Counted from the stretch's first letter, positions 26,497 through 36,262 are shown. The stretch: DNA of 64,000 bases from Thalassobaculaceae bacterium (GCA_965228875.1 OZ245843.1:538616-602615); one strand, 5' to 3'. Numbers and translations: made by a program. Notes: a model not told the origin generated them from the sequence alone.

Positions 26497-27111
26497 CTAT
26501 CTCTCGAACGACGTCGCGATTGCCGAGGGCCGAGCGCGCAGTCGTTGCCACCACTCGGTCACGCGGGGGTGCTCGTCCAGCATCCGCTTCCCGGTCTCGC
26601 ACATGGCGAACAGGTCGAGTGTCGGCAGGAAGTGGGTGTCGCCCAGCGTGAACGTCTCGCCCGCGACCCAAGGACCGTTCCCCAGCCAGAGTTCCAATTC
26701 CCGCAGGACCGTCCGCGACTGCGCGACCGCCTTGTCATGGGGCAGGCATCCGTCCTCACCGCGGACCTCCGAGATGAAGACGCTCCACACCATCGCCGGA
26801 TAGGCGTAGCTGTCCATCACTCGCATCGCCTGGGCGGCACGGGCCAGCGCCGCCGGATCCGACGGCAGCAGTGGCGGCTGCGGATACTTCGCCTCGAGAT
26901 AGCGCTGAATCGCGTCGCTCTCGTACAGCCGGACATCGCCGTCCTCGAAGGCGGGGATCCTGCCGAAGGGGTGGAGCTCCCGGTAGGTGTCCGGGAGTCC
27001 CTGTTCGGCGAAGGGGTCGACCTCCACAAGCTCGTAGTCCAGGCCCTTCTCGTGCAGGCAGAGCCGCACGCAGCGGACGTAGACGCTGAACGGCCGGCCG
27101 TAGAGCCTCAT
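26497..27111 (-). CDS. Glutathione S-transferase family protein
   Basis: The sequence MRLYGRPFSVYVRCVRLCLHEKGLDYELVEVDP...HPFGRIPAFEDGDVRLYESDAIQRYL is GST-like. Confidence 0.85.
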   Translation of the reverse strand: MRLYGRPFSVYVRCVRLCLHEKGLDYELVEVDPFAEQGLPDTYRELHPFGRIPAFEDGDVRLYESDAIQRYLEAKYPQPPLLPSDPAALARAAQAMRVMDSYAYPAMVWSVFISEVRGEDGCLPHDKAVAQSRTVLRELELWLGNGPWVAGETFTLGDTHFLPTLDLFAMCETGKRMLDEHPRVTEWWQRLRARPSAIATSFER

Positions 27112-27121
27112 GGTTCCCCCT

Positions 27122-27157
27122 CCGGCGCCTTAACCGGCGCCTTAACCGGCGCCTCAG
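27122..27157 (-). repeat. 12-bp tandem repeat (about 2.75 units) spanning the ECH stop codon and the ECH-GST spacer
   Basis: The plus strand reads CCGGCGCCTTAA CCGGCGCCTTAA CCGGCGCCTCAG. The minus strand reads TGA GGCGCCGGTTAA GGCGCCGGTTAA GGCGCCGGAGGGGGAACC ATG. Confidence 0.9.
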
Positions 27158-27951
27158 CGACCGGTGAAGGCCGGCTTGCGCTTTTCCATGAACGCCTTAC
27201 GGCCCTCGGCGTAATCGGCGCTGTTGAAGCAGCGGTCGACCATGGCCTGGATGCCCGCCGCGTCTATGTCGCCGCGGGTCTTCACCAGCTCGTCGATGGT
27301 GAACTTGGAGGCCTCCATCGACAGCGGTGCGTTCACGGCCGTCTCGGCGCAGAATTCCGACACGGTGGACTCCAGGGCGTCCGGGGCCACGACCTGATTG
27401 ATCAGGCCCATGGCGAGAGCCTGCTCCGCCGGATAGCGCCGGCCGGTGAACAGGATCTCCTTGGCGCGTGACGGCCCGACCAGACTGACGAGGCGCATCA
27501 GGTTCATGGTGTCGTAGGCGATGCCCAGGCGCGCCGCCGGAATGCCGAAGACCGATCCCTCAGCGGCGATCCGCAGATCGGCGGTCATGGCGATGCCGAG
27601 GCCGCCGCCCATGCAGAAGCCTCGGATCATGGCGATGACCGGCTTGCGGAAGCCGATGATGGTCTGTCGCGCGTCCCGCGAGATCTGGGCGTAACGCTCG
27701 GCGGCGTCGGCGTCGGCGCGGTTCTTGTCGAACTGCGAGATGTCGGCCCCGGCGGTGAAGGCCTTGTCGCCGGCGCCGGTCATCACGACAGAGCGCACGT
27801 CGTCGGCGGCATCGAAGGCGTCGAAGGCCTTCTGGATGCCCTCCCACATCTCGAGCGAGATGGCGTTGCGCCGCTCCGGCTGGTTGATGGTCAGCCAGCC
27901 GGTCGCGTCGCGGATTTCGGCCAGGATCTTCTCGGTTCCGGTGTCGACCAT
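27154..27951 (-). CDS. Enoyl-CoA hydratase/isomerase (crotonase) family protein
   Basis: The sequence LTINQPERRNAISLEMWEGI...VVMTGAGDKAFTAGADISQF...CMGGGLGIAMTADLRIA shows the crotonase oxyanion-hole blocks. Confidence 0.9.
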   Translation of the reverse strand: MVDTGTEKILAEIRDATGWLTINQPERRNAISLEMWEGIQKAFDAFDAADDVRSVVMTGAGDKAFTAGADISQFDKNRADADAAERYAQISRDARQTIIGFRKPVIAMIRGFCMGGGLGIAMTADLRIAAEGSVFGIPAARLGIAYDTMNLMRLVSLVGPSRAKEILFTGRRYPAEQALAMGLINQVVAPDALESTVSEFCAETAVNAPLSMEASKFTIDELVKTRGDIDAAGIQAMVDRCFNSADYAEGRKAFMEKRKPAFTGR

Positions 27952-28042
27952 GTCGGTCTCCTTCAGGTGGTGCCGCCGCCGGGAATGCGGCCGGGAGCGG
28001 ATTGTATACCAGGGGAGGAGGGGGGAGCGGACCCCGGAAAAC

Positions 28043-28924
28043 TCACCCGGCGACCGCGATCACGTCGACCGACTGCGATGTCTCCTGCGACCCCGCCGTG
28101 CGGAGCGCGCCCTTGACCGGAGCGACATCGAAGTAGTCACGGCCGACCGCGACCACGACGTGGTCCTCTCCGGCGGTCATGTTGTTGGTCGGATCGAACT
28201 CGACCCAGCCCATCTCCACGCCGCACCAGGCGCGGACCCAGGCGTGCATGGCGTCGGCCCCCTCGAGCCGGGCGCTGCCCTTCGGCGGGATCGTGCGCAG
28301 GAAGCCGCTCACGTAGCCGGCCGGGATACCGATGCTGCGCAGCGCCGCGATGGCTATATGGGTGAAGTCCTGGCAGACGCCGTGGCGGGCGCGGAACGCC
28401 TCCTCCAGTGGCGTGTCGACGGCCGTCGCCTCGGGATCGAAGGCCATCTCCTCGTGGAGCGCGCCGCAGATCCTCGACACCGCGTCCAGTGCGCTCGGGC
28501 TGCCGGCGGTCACGGCACGGGTCCAGGCGGCGATCTCCGCCGACGGCGGAATCCGGGGGGAGGGTGCGCGGAAGTGATGCGGCGCATCGGGCGCAAGCGA
28601 GGCGATGCCGTCGAGCTCCTCCTGCAAACGCGCGAGGGACGGCGAGACGTCGAACAGCGGGTCCAGCGGGCTGCGATCGACCCGGGCCCGCATCAGGAAG
28701 GCGGTTTCCTCGACCGCTCCGTCGTAGGTGATGCCGACGCACCGGTTGCCGAAGAAGTCCGTCATCTGGGTCCGTTCGAACGGGGCCGGGGCGACGTCGA
28801 GGCTGGTGGCGACGACCCGCTGCTGGCCGGCGAGGCTGATGGGCATCAGCCGCAGCAGGTGGCGTCCGGCATCGGCCAGGCTCTCGTAGGTGTATTCGAT
28901 GCGAAGCGTGATGTCGTACAGCAT
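28043..28924 (-). CDS. Transglutaminase-family protein (Bact_transglu_N plus transglutaminase core), 293 aa
   Basis: The translation begins MLYDITLRIEYTYES. The Cys-His-Asp triad context is GVCQDFTHIAIAALRSIGIPAGYVSGF, DAMHAWVRAW and WVEFDPTN. Confidence 0.9.
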   Translation of the reverse strand: MLYDITLRIEYTYESLADAGRHLLRLMPISLAGQQRVVATSLDVAPAPFERTQMTDFFGNRCVGITYDGAVEETAFLMRARVDRSPLDPLFDVSPSLARLQEELDGIASLAPDAPHHFRAPSPRIPPSAEIAAWTRAVTAGSPSALDAVSRICGALHEEMAFDPEATAVDTPLEEAFRARHGVCQDFTHIAIAALRSIGIPAGYVSGFLRTIPPKGSARLEGADAMHAWVRAWCGVEMGWVEFDPTNNMTAGEDHVVVAVGRDYFDVAPVKGALRTAGSQETSQSVDVIAVAG

Positions 28925-28958
28925 GGCCGGTCTCCGGAGCCCGGTGGACGCTAGAACA

Positions 28959-29063
28959 AATCACGACAAGATGGAAACTTCTGGTCGTGTGAATTTGCTC
29001 TTTCAGTATGGGTTTGCAGGGCGACTTACGCTTCAGATCGGTTCGATCCGAAGCGACCGCGCT
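28959..29063 (+). repeat. Intergenic structured repeat, copy B (core plus second module)
   Basis: The core is AATCACGACAAGATGGAAACTTCTGGTCGTGTGAATTTGCTCTTTCAGTATGGGTTTGCAGGGC, followed by the second-module hairpin CTTCAGATC-GGTTC-GATCCGAAG. It lies between two minus-strand operon genes. Confidence 0.8.
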
Positions 29064-31466
29064 CTATCGCAGATAGGTTTCGGCCAGAAGTCCGCTGAGA
29101 GCGGCCGCGTCGTCGGCCATCGCCGCCAGTCGGGCCGGCGTCATCTCGCTGGCCGACGCGGTGGTGAGCGTCGTCCGCATCTCCAGGACCCGGCGCTGAA
29201 ACGGAGTCATCCGCACCTCCTCCACCGTTACCGGCAGGTAGGAGGCGTGCGCGTCGAGCGCCTCGAGCTGATGCAGAACCGAGCGCGGATTCATGTCGTC
29301 GAGCATCAGCAGGTCGATCACCGTCTCACGGCTCATGCCGGCGGCGTAGCGGCGGCGATGGGTCATCACGGAATCGCCGACCTCGATGGCGAGGTCGAGC
29401 GCGCCGTCCGGCGCCTCGGCGTCGGTGAAGACCTGCAGGAAGGCGATCATCGCGGCGGTCCGCTCCACCGCCCGGCCGATCCCGAGGAACCGCCATCCGG
29501 TGAACCTGTACATGTTCTCGTGCACCAGACCGGAGAAGCCGGCGATCTTGCGCAACAGCACGCTGAACGCGCGGGAAGCGTCATCGCCGGGCTGCACCCG
29601 CTCCTGGAACATCTCGGTGGTGCGCGTCAGATCGACCAGGGCGTTCCAGGCGTCGGTCGAGAACCGGTCGCGGACCTGTCCAGAGCTGCGCAGCGCCGAG
29701 CGCAGGTCCTCAAGAAGGCCGTCGGGAACAGGCGCCATGGCGTCGAGGCCGAAGACCGCGAGGTACTCCGACAGCATGTCGGCCAGGGGATATTCGCCGC
29801 CCCCGGTCTCGGCCAGACGCACATGGTAGGCGCGCAGCAGGCGGATCTTGAAGTCCGCGCGCTCGACGTAGCGGCCGAGCCAGAAGAGGTTGTCCGCCGC
29901 CGTGCTCGGCAGGGTGACGTCCTGGGCACGCCGAGGGCCGGCGCCGTTGCTCTGCAGCAGGGTGTCCACCGGTCCGGCGGCGTCCGAAACCACCCAGACG
30001 TCGCTGACCGCGCCGCCGCGCTGCATCGAGATGTCGGCGCTCTCCGCCGAGTGTCCGATCCGCGCGAAGCCGCCGGGCATGACGACCCAGCCGTCGCGGG
30101 TGCGGGCGACGAACACGCGCAGGCTCATCGGCCGCGCCACCAGTTTGCCGTCGACCAGTGCCGGCGCGGTCGACAGGGACACCACCTCCTGCGCCGCGAG
30201 ACCGGAGCCCTCGGCGTCGATCCAGTCTGGATCGGCGGGCTTCCCGTCCTGCCGAATGCCGCCGATCACCGCGTTGGGGCCGTGGTCGAACGGCAGCCGC
30301 GTGGACATCGCGCTGTCGATGGTCATGCGGGCGAGGTTTTCCTTGACGTAGGCGCGTTCCTGCGCGCCGCCGCACCACCAGGTCGCGATGTTGGCCATGG
30401 CCAGCGGACGGTCGGTCAGGTACTCGCAGATCCGCGGCATGAAGGCCATCAGCGCGCGGATCTCGATCGCGCCGGAGCCGACGGCGTTGACCATCGTGAA
30501 CGAACCGGAGCGCAGCGCGCCAAGCATGCCCGGCGTGCCGAGCTGGGACGTCTCGTTGAGTTCCAGCGGGTCGGTCCAGTCGGAGTCGAGCCGGCGCCAG
30601 ACCACCGAGATCGGCTTCAGGCCGCTGACCGTACGCACCATCAACCGGTTCTCGCGCACCGCGAGGTCGGCGCCGCGCACGAGCATGAAGCCGAGGTATC
30701 GGGCGATGTAGGAGTGCTCGAAATAGGTGTCGTTGAGGGGCCCCGGTGTGAGGATCGCCACCCGGCTGCCGTCGTTCTCGCGCAGATCCAGCAGCGTGTC
30801 GCGGAACCGCCGGAAGAATCCCGCCAGCCGCTGGACCTTGGCGTTGCTGACCATGGTCGAGAAGCTGCGCGAGGTGGCCATCCGGGTCTCGAGCGCGAAC
30901 CCGGCGCCCGACGGCGCCTGGGTCCGGTCGCCCAGCACCCACCACTTGCCGTCCGGACCGCGGCCGATGTCGAAGGCGAGGAAATGCAGGTAGTGGCCGT
31001 TCCTGGGCTGGACGCCGACCATGGGGCGCAGCCATTCCGGATTGGCGGCCAGCAGCCGCGCCGGGACGACACCGTCGGCGACCAGCCGGTTGGGGCCGTA
31101 GATGTCGGCCATCACCGCCTCGAGCACGTCCGCGCGCTGGGTCAGCGCCGTCGCGATCCCGTCCCATTCCCGTGCCTCGAGCAGCACCGGCAGGTGGCTG
31201 AGGGGCCAGTCGCGCTCGGTCGAGGCGTCGGGCCCGTAGTGGCGGAAGAAGACACCGGCATCGCGCAGGTACTGATTGCCGCGGGCCAGGGCGTGGTCCA
31301 GTTCCTCCGCGTCCATCGCCGCCAGATCGCGCAGGAACGGCTGCCAGACCGGGCGTACGTTGCCGTCGCCGTCGAACAGTTCGTCCGCCACGCCCGGCAG
31401 CGTGCGGTAGGTGTCCAGGAGGCTGCTCCAGTCCGGTTCGTCGGCAGCCTGTCGGGCCTCGCTCAT
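29064..31466 (-). CDS. Circularly permuted ATP-grasp (type 2) protein fused to an alpha-E domain, 800 aa
   Basis: The N-terminal part contains ...ANIATWWCGGAQERAYV..., typical of cpATP-grasp. The C-terminal part contains STAADNLFWLGRYVERADFKIRLLR, the alpha-E signature. The ATG lies 1 nt after the stop of the upstream gene. Confidence 0.88.
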   Translation of the reverse strand: MSEARQAADEPDWSSLLDTYRTLPGVADELFDGDGNVRPVWQPFLRDLAAMDAEELDHALARGNQYLRDAGVFFRHYGPDASTERDWPLSHLPVLLEAREWDGIATALTQRADVLEAVMADIYGPNRLVADGVVPARLLAANPEWLRPMVGVQPRNGHYLHFLAFDIGRGPDGKWWVLGDRTQAPSGAGFALETRMATSRSFSTMVSNAKVQRLAGFFRRFRDTLLDLRENDGSRVAILTPGPLNDTYFEHSYIARYLGFMLVRGADLAVRENRLMVRTVSGLKPISVVWRRLDSDWTDPLELNETSQLGTPGMLGALRSGSFTMVNAVGSGAIEIRALMAFMPRICEYLTDRPLAMANIATWWCGGAQERAYVKENLARMTIDSAMSTRLPFDHGPNAVIGGIRQDGKPADPDWIDAEGSGLAAQEVVSLSTAPALVDGKLVARPMSLRVFVARTRDGWVVMPGGFARIGHSAESADISMQRGGAVSDVWVVSDAAGPVDTLLQSNGAGPRRAQDVTLPSTAADNLFWLGRYVERADFKIRLLRAYHVRLAETGGGEYPLADMLSEYLAVFGLDAMAPVPDGLLEDLRSALRSSGQVRDRFSTDAWNALVDLTRTTEMFQERVQPGDDASRAFSVLLRKIAGFSGLVHENMYRFTGWRFLGIGRAVERTAAMIAFLQVFTDAEAPDGALDLAIEVGDSVMTHRRRYAAGMSRETVIDLLMLDDMNPRSVLHQLEALDAHASYLPVTVEEVRMTPFQRRVLEMRTTLTTASASEMTPARLAAMADDAAALSGLLAETYLR

Positions 31467-31467
31467 G

Positions 31468-34400
31468 TCAGATTCCGGCCGGGCGTCTGAGGTCGAGGGT
31501 CATGGGGAACTCGGGGTGCGGGGTCTCCGGCCCCGGTGCGTAGGCGCCGGGCGTGTGGCCATGGTACTCGAACCTGGCCAGCCGACGCGCCTCCGCCTCG
31601 TTGGCGTTGACCGGAAACGTCTCGTAGTTGCGCCCGCCGGGATGCGCCACATGGTAGACGCAGCCGCCGAGGGGGCGGCCCGACCAGGTGTCGAAGATGT
31701 CGAACGTCAGGGGCGCGTGCACGTCGATCACCGGATGCAGCGCCATTGCCGGGCGCCACGCCTTGAAGCGCACGCCACCGACCGACACGCCGCTCGATCC
31801 GCCATCGGCGAGCGGCATCCGACGTCGGTTGCAGGTGACGACATAGCGGTCGGGGTCGGGGGCGGTGAGCTTGACCTGAAGGCGTTCGGTCGAGCTGTCG
31901 GTGTAGCGGGCGGTGCCGCCGATGGCCCCGGTCTCGCCAAGCACGTGCCACGGCTCCAGAGCCTGGCGCAGTTCGAGATGCACGCCCTCGTATTCCACCT
32001 CGCCGCAGAACGGGAAGCGAAACTCCGCCTGGGCCTCGTACCACTCGGAACGGAAGTCGAAGCCGTGCTGCCGGAGGTCCCGCAGGACGTCCAGGAAGTC
32101 GCTCCACACGAAGTGCGGCAGCATGAACCGGTCGAGCAGGGTCGTGCCCCAGCGCGTGAAGTTGCCGCCGACCGGCACCTTCCAGAACCGGGCGATCAGG
32201 GCGCGGAGCAGAAGCTGCTGGGCCAGGCTCATCCGCGGGTCCGGCGGCATCTCGAAGCCGCGGAACTCGACCAGACCGAGCCGTCCGGTCGGGCCGTCCG
32301 GCGAATACAGCTTGTCGATGCAGATCTCGGCCCGGTGGGTGTTGCCGGTGACGTCGGTCAGCAGGTTGCGCAGCAGCCGGTCGACCAGCCACGGCAGCGG
32401 GGGCGTCCCCTGGTCCGGGTGCGGGATCTGGCTGAGCGCGATCTCCAGTTCGTAGAGGCTGTCATGCCGGGCGTCGTCGACCCGCGGTGCCTGGCTTGTC
32501 GGACCGATGAACAGGCCGGAGAACAGGTGTGACAGGCTGGGATGGCGCTGCCAGTGCAGGATGATCGAGCGCAGCACGTCCGGGCGCCGCAGGAACGGAC
32601 TGTCGGCGGGCGTGGCGCCGCCGACGACCACGTGGTTGCCGCCTCCCGTGCCCGTATGCTTGCCGTCGATCATGAACTTGTCGGCGCCGAGACGGGACTG
32701 CCGCGCCTCCTCGTAGACCGCCTCGGTGATCGCCACGCAGTCGCGCCAGCTCGACGCCGGGTGGATGTTCACCTCGATCACGCCGGGATCCGGGGCGACG
32801 CGGATCACGTTCAGCCGTGGATCGGTCGGCGGCGCGTACCCTTCGATGTGAACCTTCACGCCCAGCCCGGCGGCCGCCCGCTCCACCGCGTCCAGCAGTT
32901 CGAGGTAGTCGTCCGCCCGCTCGACCGGCGGCATGAAGACGCAGAGCCGGCCGTCCCTCGGCTCGACCGCCAGCGCGGTGCGCACGGCCCCGCCGATCTC
33001 CCCGATATGCTGTTCGATAACGGTCTGGACATGCCCCGACGGCGTGAAGCGGGCGCGGGCCTGATCCGGGTCGGTCTCGGCGTCGTCATCCGACCGGGGC
33101 TCCGCGAATTCCGGCAGCGGGCCACGCTCCTCCCAGGGGTCGGCGATGTTCACGTAGGGATACTGAGACGGCGGCACGTAGGGCAGGGCGCCCAGGGGCA
33201 GTCGATAGCCGGCCGGACTGTCGCCGGGGACCAGAAAGACGTGACCGCGCCGGGGCCGCCAGAGCTCCGAGCGCCAGCGCCGGGATTCCCGCGCCTGCGA
33301 CTGCCAGCGCTGGACCGGGAGCACATAGCTGGCGGGTTCGGTCAGACCGCGATTGAACACGCGGGCGATGCGGTGACGCTCCTCGGCATCGCGCAGCTTC
33401 GAGTTCTCCGGCGTCACGTTCTCGGGCAGGTTGGCTTCCTTGAGCAGCCATTCCGCCGGATCCTCGTAGGCGGGGACGACGTTTCCCTGGTCGACCTCGA
33501 GATTGTCGGCGATGGCCCGGAGCAGCGCCTCCGCCTCTTTCTGGCCGGCGTGGAGACGCTCGGTCTCGCCGGCGATCAGGTCGGCGTTGCGCCAGACCGG
33601 CTTGCCGTCGCGCCGCCAGTACAGCGAGAACGTCCAGCGCGGCAGCGTCTCGCCCGGATACCACTTGCCCTGACCGTAGTGCAGGAAGCCGCCGGGCGCG
33701 AAACGCGTGCGCAGCCGGCGGATCAGCACATCCGCGAGTCCCCGCTTCATCGGGCCGACGGCGGCGGTGTTCCACTCGGGCGACTCGAAGTCGTCGATCG
33801 AGACGAAGGTCGGCTCGCCGCCCATGGTCAGGCGGACGTCGGCATCGGCCAGATCCCGGTCGACCCGCTCGCCGAGGGCGTCGAGCGCCTGCCAGGACTC
33901 CTCGGAGAACGGCTTGGTGATCCGTGGGTGCTCGGCGACGCGCTCGACGGTCATGTCGAAGGAGAAATCGACCTCGGCGGCGGTGGCGACGCCCGAGATC
34001 GGTGCGGCGTTGCGGTAGTGCGGGCAGGCGGACAGCGGGATGTGGCTCTCGCCCGTCAGGAGGCCCGAGGTCGGATCGAGGCCGATCCAGCCGGCGCCGG
34101 GCAGGTAGACCTCGGCCCAGGCGTGCAGGTCGGTGAAGTCGTGATCCGTGCCGGCGGGACCGTCCAGCGCCACCAGGTCCGGCTTGAGCTGGATGAGGTA
34201 GCCGGAAACGAAGCGGGCGGCGAAGCCGAGATGGCGCAGGATCTGGACGATCAGCCAGCTCGAGTCCCGGCACGAGCCGCTCGCCAGTTCCAGCGTTTCC
34301 TCGGGCGTCTGCACACCCGGTTCCATGCGGATCAGGTACTTGATCTCCTGCGACACCCGGTGATTCAGGTCGACGACGAAGTCGACGGTCCGTTTCGGCG

Positions 34401-34815
34401 TCCGGTCGATCCCGTCGAGAAACGCCTGGACGCGCGGTCCCGCCGGTTCTGGCGTGCGGTAGATCGACAGGTCGTCCCGCAGTTCTGCGGGATAGTCGAA
34501 CGGCCACTCCTCGGCGGATTCCTCGACGAAGAAATCGAACGGGTTGTACACCGTCATGTCGGCGACCAGATCGACCTCGATCTTCAACTCGGTCACCGGC
34601 TCCGGAAAGACGAAGCGCGACTGCCAGTTGCCGTAGGGGTCCTGCTGGTGGTTCACGAAGTGGCCGGCAGGCGACACCTTCAGGGAGTGCGAAACCACGC
34701 GGGTCCGGCTGTACGGCGCCGGGCGCAGGCGGATGACCTGGGGGCCGAGGGTGACCGGCCGGTCGTAGCGGTAATGCGTCAGGTGATGGATCGCAGCCTT
34801 GATCGACATGGGCAT
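31468..34815 (-). CDS. Giant transglutaminase-family protein (Bact_transglu_N + transglutaminase core + DUF2126-type putative amidoligase region), about 1115 aa
   Basis: The N-terminus is [21 protein letters not shown]. The triad context is [36 protein letters not shown] and GLDPTSG. A long C-terminal region is typical of this family. An alternative start is the second ATG at 34807-34809. Confidence 0.88.
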   Translation of the reverse strand: MPMSIKAAIHHLTHYRYDRPVTLGPQVIRLRPAPYSRTRVVSHSLKVSPAGHFVNHQQDPYGNWQSRFVFPEPVTELKIEVDLVADMTVYNPFDFFVEESAEEWPFDYPAELRDDLSIYRTPEPAGPRVQAFLDGIDRTPKRTVDFVVDLNHRVSQEIKYLIRMEPGVQTPEETLELASGSCRDSSWLIVQILRHLGFAARFVSGYLIQLKPDLVALDGPAGTDHDFTDLHAWAEVYLPGAGWIGLDPTSGLLTGESHIPLSACPHYRNAAPISGVATAAEVDFSFDMTVERVAEHPRITKPFSEESWQALDALGERVDRDLADADVRLTMGGEPTFVSIDDFESPEWNTAAVGPMKRGLADVLIRRLRTRFAPGGFLHYGQGKWYPGETLPRWTFSLYWRRDGKPVWRNADLIAGETERLHAGQKEAEALLRAIADNLEVDQGNVVPAYEDPAEWLLKEANLPENVTPENSKLRDAEERHRIARVFNRGLTEPASYVLPVQRWQSQARESRRWRSELWRPRRGHVFLVPGDSPAGYRLPLGALPYVPPSQYPYVNIADPWEERGPLPEFAEPRSDDDAETDPDQARARFTPSGHVQTVIEQHIGEIGGAVRTALAVEPRDGRLCVFMPPVERADDYLELLDAVERAAAGLGVKVHIEGYAPPTDPRLNVIRVAPDPGVIEVNIHPASSWRDCVAITEAVYEEARQSRLGADKFMIDGKHTGTGGGNHVVVGGATPADSPFLRRPDVLRSIILHWQRHPSLSHLFSGLFIGPTSQAPRVDDARHDSLYELEIALSQIPHPDQGTPPLPWLVDRLLRNLLTDVTGNTHRAEICIDKLYSPDGPTGRLGLVEFRGFEMPPDPRMSLAQQLLLRALIARFWKVPVGGNFTRWGTTLLDRFMLPHFVWSDFLDVLRDLRQHGFDFRSEWYEAQAEFRFPFCGEVEYEGVHLELRQALEPWHVLGETGAIGGTARYTDSSTERLQVKLTAPDPDRYVVTCNRRRMPLADGGSSGVSVGGVRFKAWRPAMALHPVIDVHAPLTFDIFDTWSGRPLGGCVYHVAHPGGRNYETFPVNANEAEARRLARFEYHGHTPGAYAPGPETPHPEFPMTLDLRRPAGI

Positions 34816-35002
34816 CCAACTGGTTGCAGCGTCCGGAAATCGAGTTTCCCTTTATATCCCAAGGCGCAAAGGGATGGCGAGGCCGTGGTCGTCGTTGCCG
34901 GGCCGGCCGAAGATTTCTGGCGGCATCCATTGCTGCCGCATCTGAGAATTGTATAGTGGTGCCAGTTCAAAAGCACACCATCCACAAAAAGAGGAAACCT
35001 CC

Positions 35003-36187
35003 ATGAAACGCTTGCTACCGTTGCTCTGCGCGGCGGTGTTCTCCACCGCGGCGCATGCTCAGGACGAGGTTAAGGTCGGCATGCTCCAGGGCTTCACCGG
35101 GCCGACCGAGTCGCTGGTCAAGCCGATGGCGCTCGGCGGCGAACTGGCGATCCAGGAAATCTCCGACAGCGGTCTGTTCCTTGGCGGCAAGAAGGTCGTC
35201 TCCGTTCGCGGTGACAGCACCTGCATCGATGCCGCCGCGGCGACCGCTGCCGCGGATCGCCTGATCACGTCCGAAGGCGTTGTCGGCATCGTCGGCGCGA
35301 CCTGCTCTGGCGCCACCACCGCCGTCCTCAACAACGTCGTGCGGCCGAACGGCATCGTCATGATCTCGCCGTCGGCCACCTCGCCGGCGCTGAGCACCAT
35401 CGAGGATGATGGTCTGTTCTTCCGCTCCGCGCCTTCCGACGCGCGTCAGGGCGAGGTGATCGGCGCGATCCTGTCCGGCAAGGGCATCAAGTCCGCCGCG
35501 CTGACCTACACCAACAACGACTACGGCAAGGGCCTGGCCGACGCGATTCAGGCGGCGTTCGAGGCCAATGGCGGCACGATCACCGCCGTGGCCGCGCACG
35601 AGGACGGCAAGGCCGACTACTCGGCCGAAGTCGCGACCCTGGCCTCCGCCGGCGGCGACATCCTGATCGTGGCCGGCTACCTCGACCAGGGCGGCAAGGG
35701 CATGATCCAGGCCGCGCTCGATACCGGAGCGTTCGACACGTTCATGCTGCCGGACGGCATGGTCGGCGAGGCGCTGACCGACAATTTCGGCGCCGATCTG
35801 GACGGTTCCATCGGCACCAACCCCGGTACCGACAGCCCGGGTGCCTCCATGCTGGCCAAGCTCGCCGAGGGCAAGGGCTTCAAGGGCGATGACCCCTATG
35901 TTCCGGAAGCCTATGACGCGGCCGCCGTCCTGCTGCTCGCCATGCAGTCCGCCGGCAGCACCGACAGCGCGACCTACAAGAGCCATGTCGAGAAGGTCGC
36001 CAACGCCCCGGGCGAGAAGATCTACCCGGGCGAGTTGGCCAAGGCGTTGAAGATTCTCGCCGACGGTGGCGACATCGACTACGTCGGCGGCACCGCGCTC
36101 GAGCTGATCGGCCCGGGCGAGTCGGCCGGCAGCTTCCGCGAGACCACCGTCGAGGGCGGTGCGTGGAAGACCGTCGCCTACCACTGA
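35003..36187 (+). CDS. Branched-chain amino-acid (Leu/Ile/Val-type) ABC transporter substrate-binding protein
   Basis: ATG at 35003 follows AGAGGAAAC. The signal peptide is MKRLLPLLCAAVFSTAAHA. The periplasmic-binding-protein type 1 pattern is VKVGMLQGFTGP...GVVGIVGATCSGAT. Confidence 0.88.
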   Translation: MKRLLPLLCAAVFSTAAHAQDEVKVGMLQGFTGPTESLVKPMALGGELAIQEISDSGLFLGGKKVVSVRGDSTCIDAAAATAAADRLITSEGVVGIVGATCSGATTAVLNNVVRPNGIVMISPSATSPALSTIEDDGLFFRSAPSDARQGEVIGAILSGKGIKSAALTYTNNDYGKGLADAIQAAFEANGGTITAVAAHEDGKADYSAEVATLASAGGDILIVAGYLDQGGKGMIQAALDTGAFDTFMLPDGMVGEALTDNFGADLDGSIGTNPGTDSPGASMLAKLAEGKGFKGDDPYVPEAYDAAAVLLLAMQSAGSTDSATYKSHVEKVANAPGEKIYPGELAKALKILADGGDIDYVGGTALELIGPGESAGSFRETTVEGGAWKTVAYH

Positions 36188-36212
36188 CCGTCTGACGGTC
36201 CGACAGATACGA

Positions 36213-36245
36213 GGGAACGGTCAGGCCAGCGCCTGACCGTTTCCC
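36213..36245 (+). terminator. Strong hairpin between the SBP and ATPase genes (attenuator or mRNA-stabilising element)
   Basis: GGGAACGGTCAGGC-CAGC-GCCTGACCGTTTCCC forms a 14-bp stem with one bulged T. There is no clear U-tract. Confidence 0.4.
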
Positions 36246-36262
36246 GCATTCAGGTTCGTTCG

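Noticed and set aside
29030-29052. GGTTCGATCC, a tRNA T-arm-like string, inside repeat copy B.
   Set aside because: The local fold is a 9-bp stem with a 5-nt loop, not a 5-bp stem with a 7-nt T-loop. No acceptor, D or anticodon arms can be drawn. The equivalent position in copy A reads CAATTCGATC.
28890-34956. Plus-strand ORFs of 866 aa (28890-31490) and 804 aa (32542-34956) opposite the amidoligase/transglutaminase operon.
   Set aside because: Both are shadow ORFs. The minus-strand proteins carry multiple family signatures and intact catalytic triads, and the plus-strand translations have none.
34957-34975. A sigma-54-like TGGTGC...GCA string upstream of the Liv-type SBP gene.
   Set aside because: The spacing between the GG and GC elements is 13 nt rather than the required 10, and the flanking consensus bases are missing.
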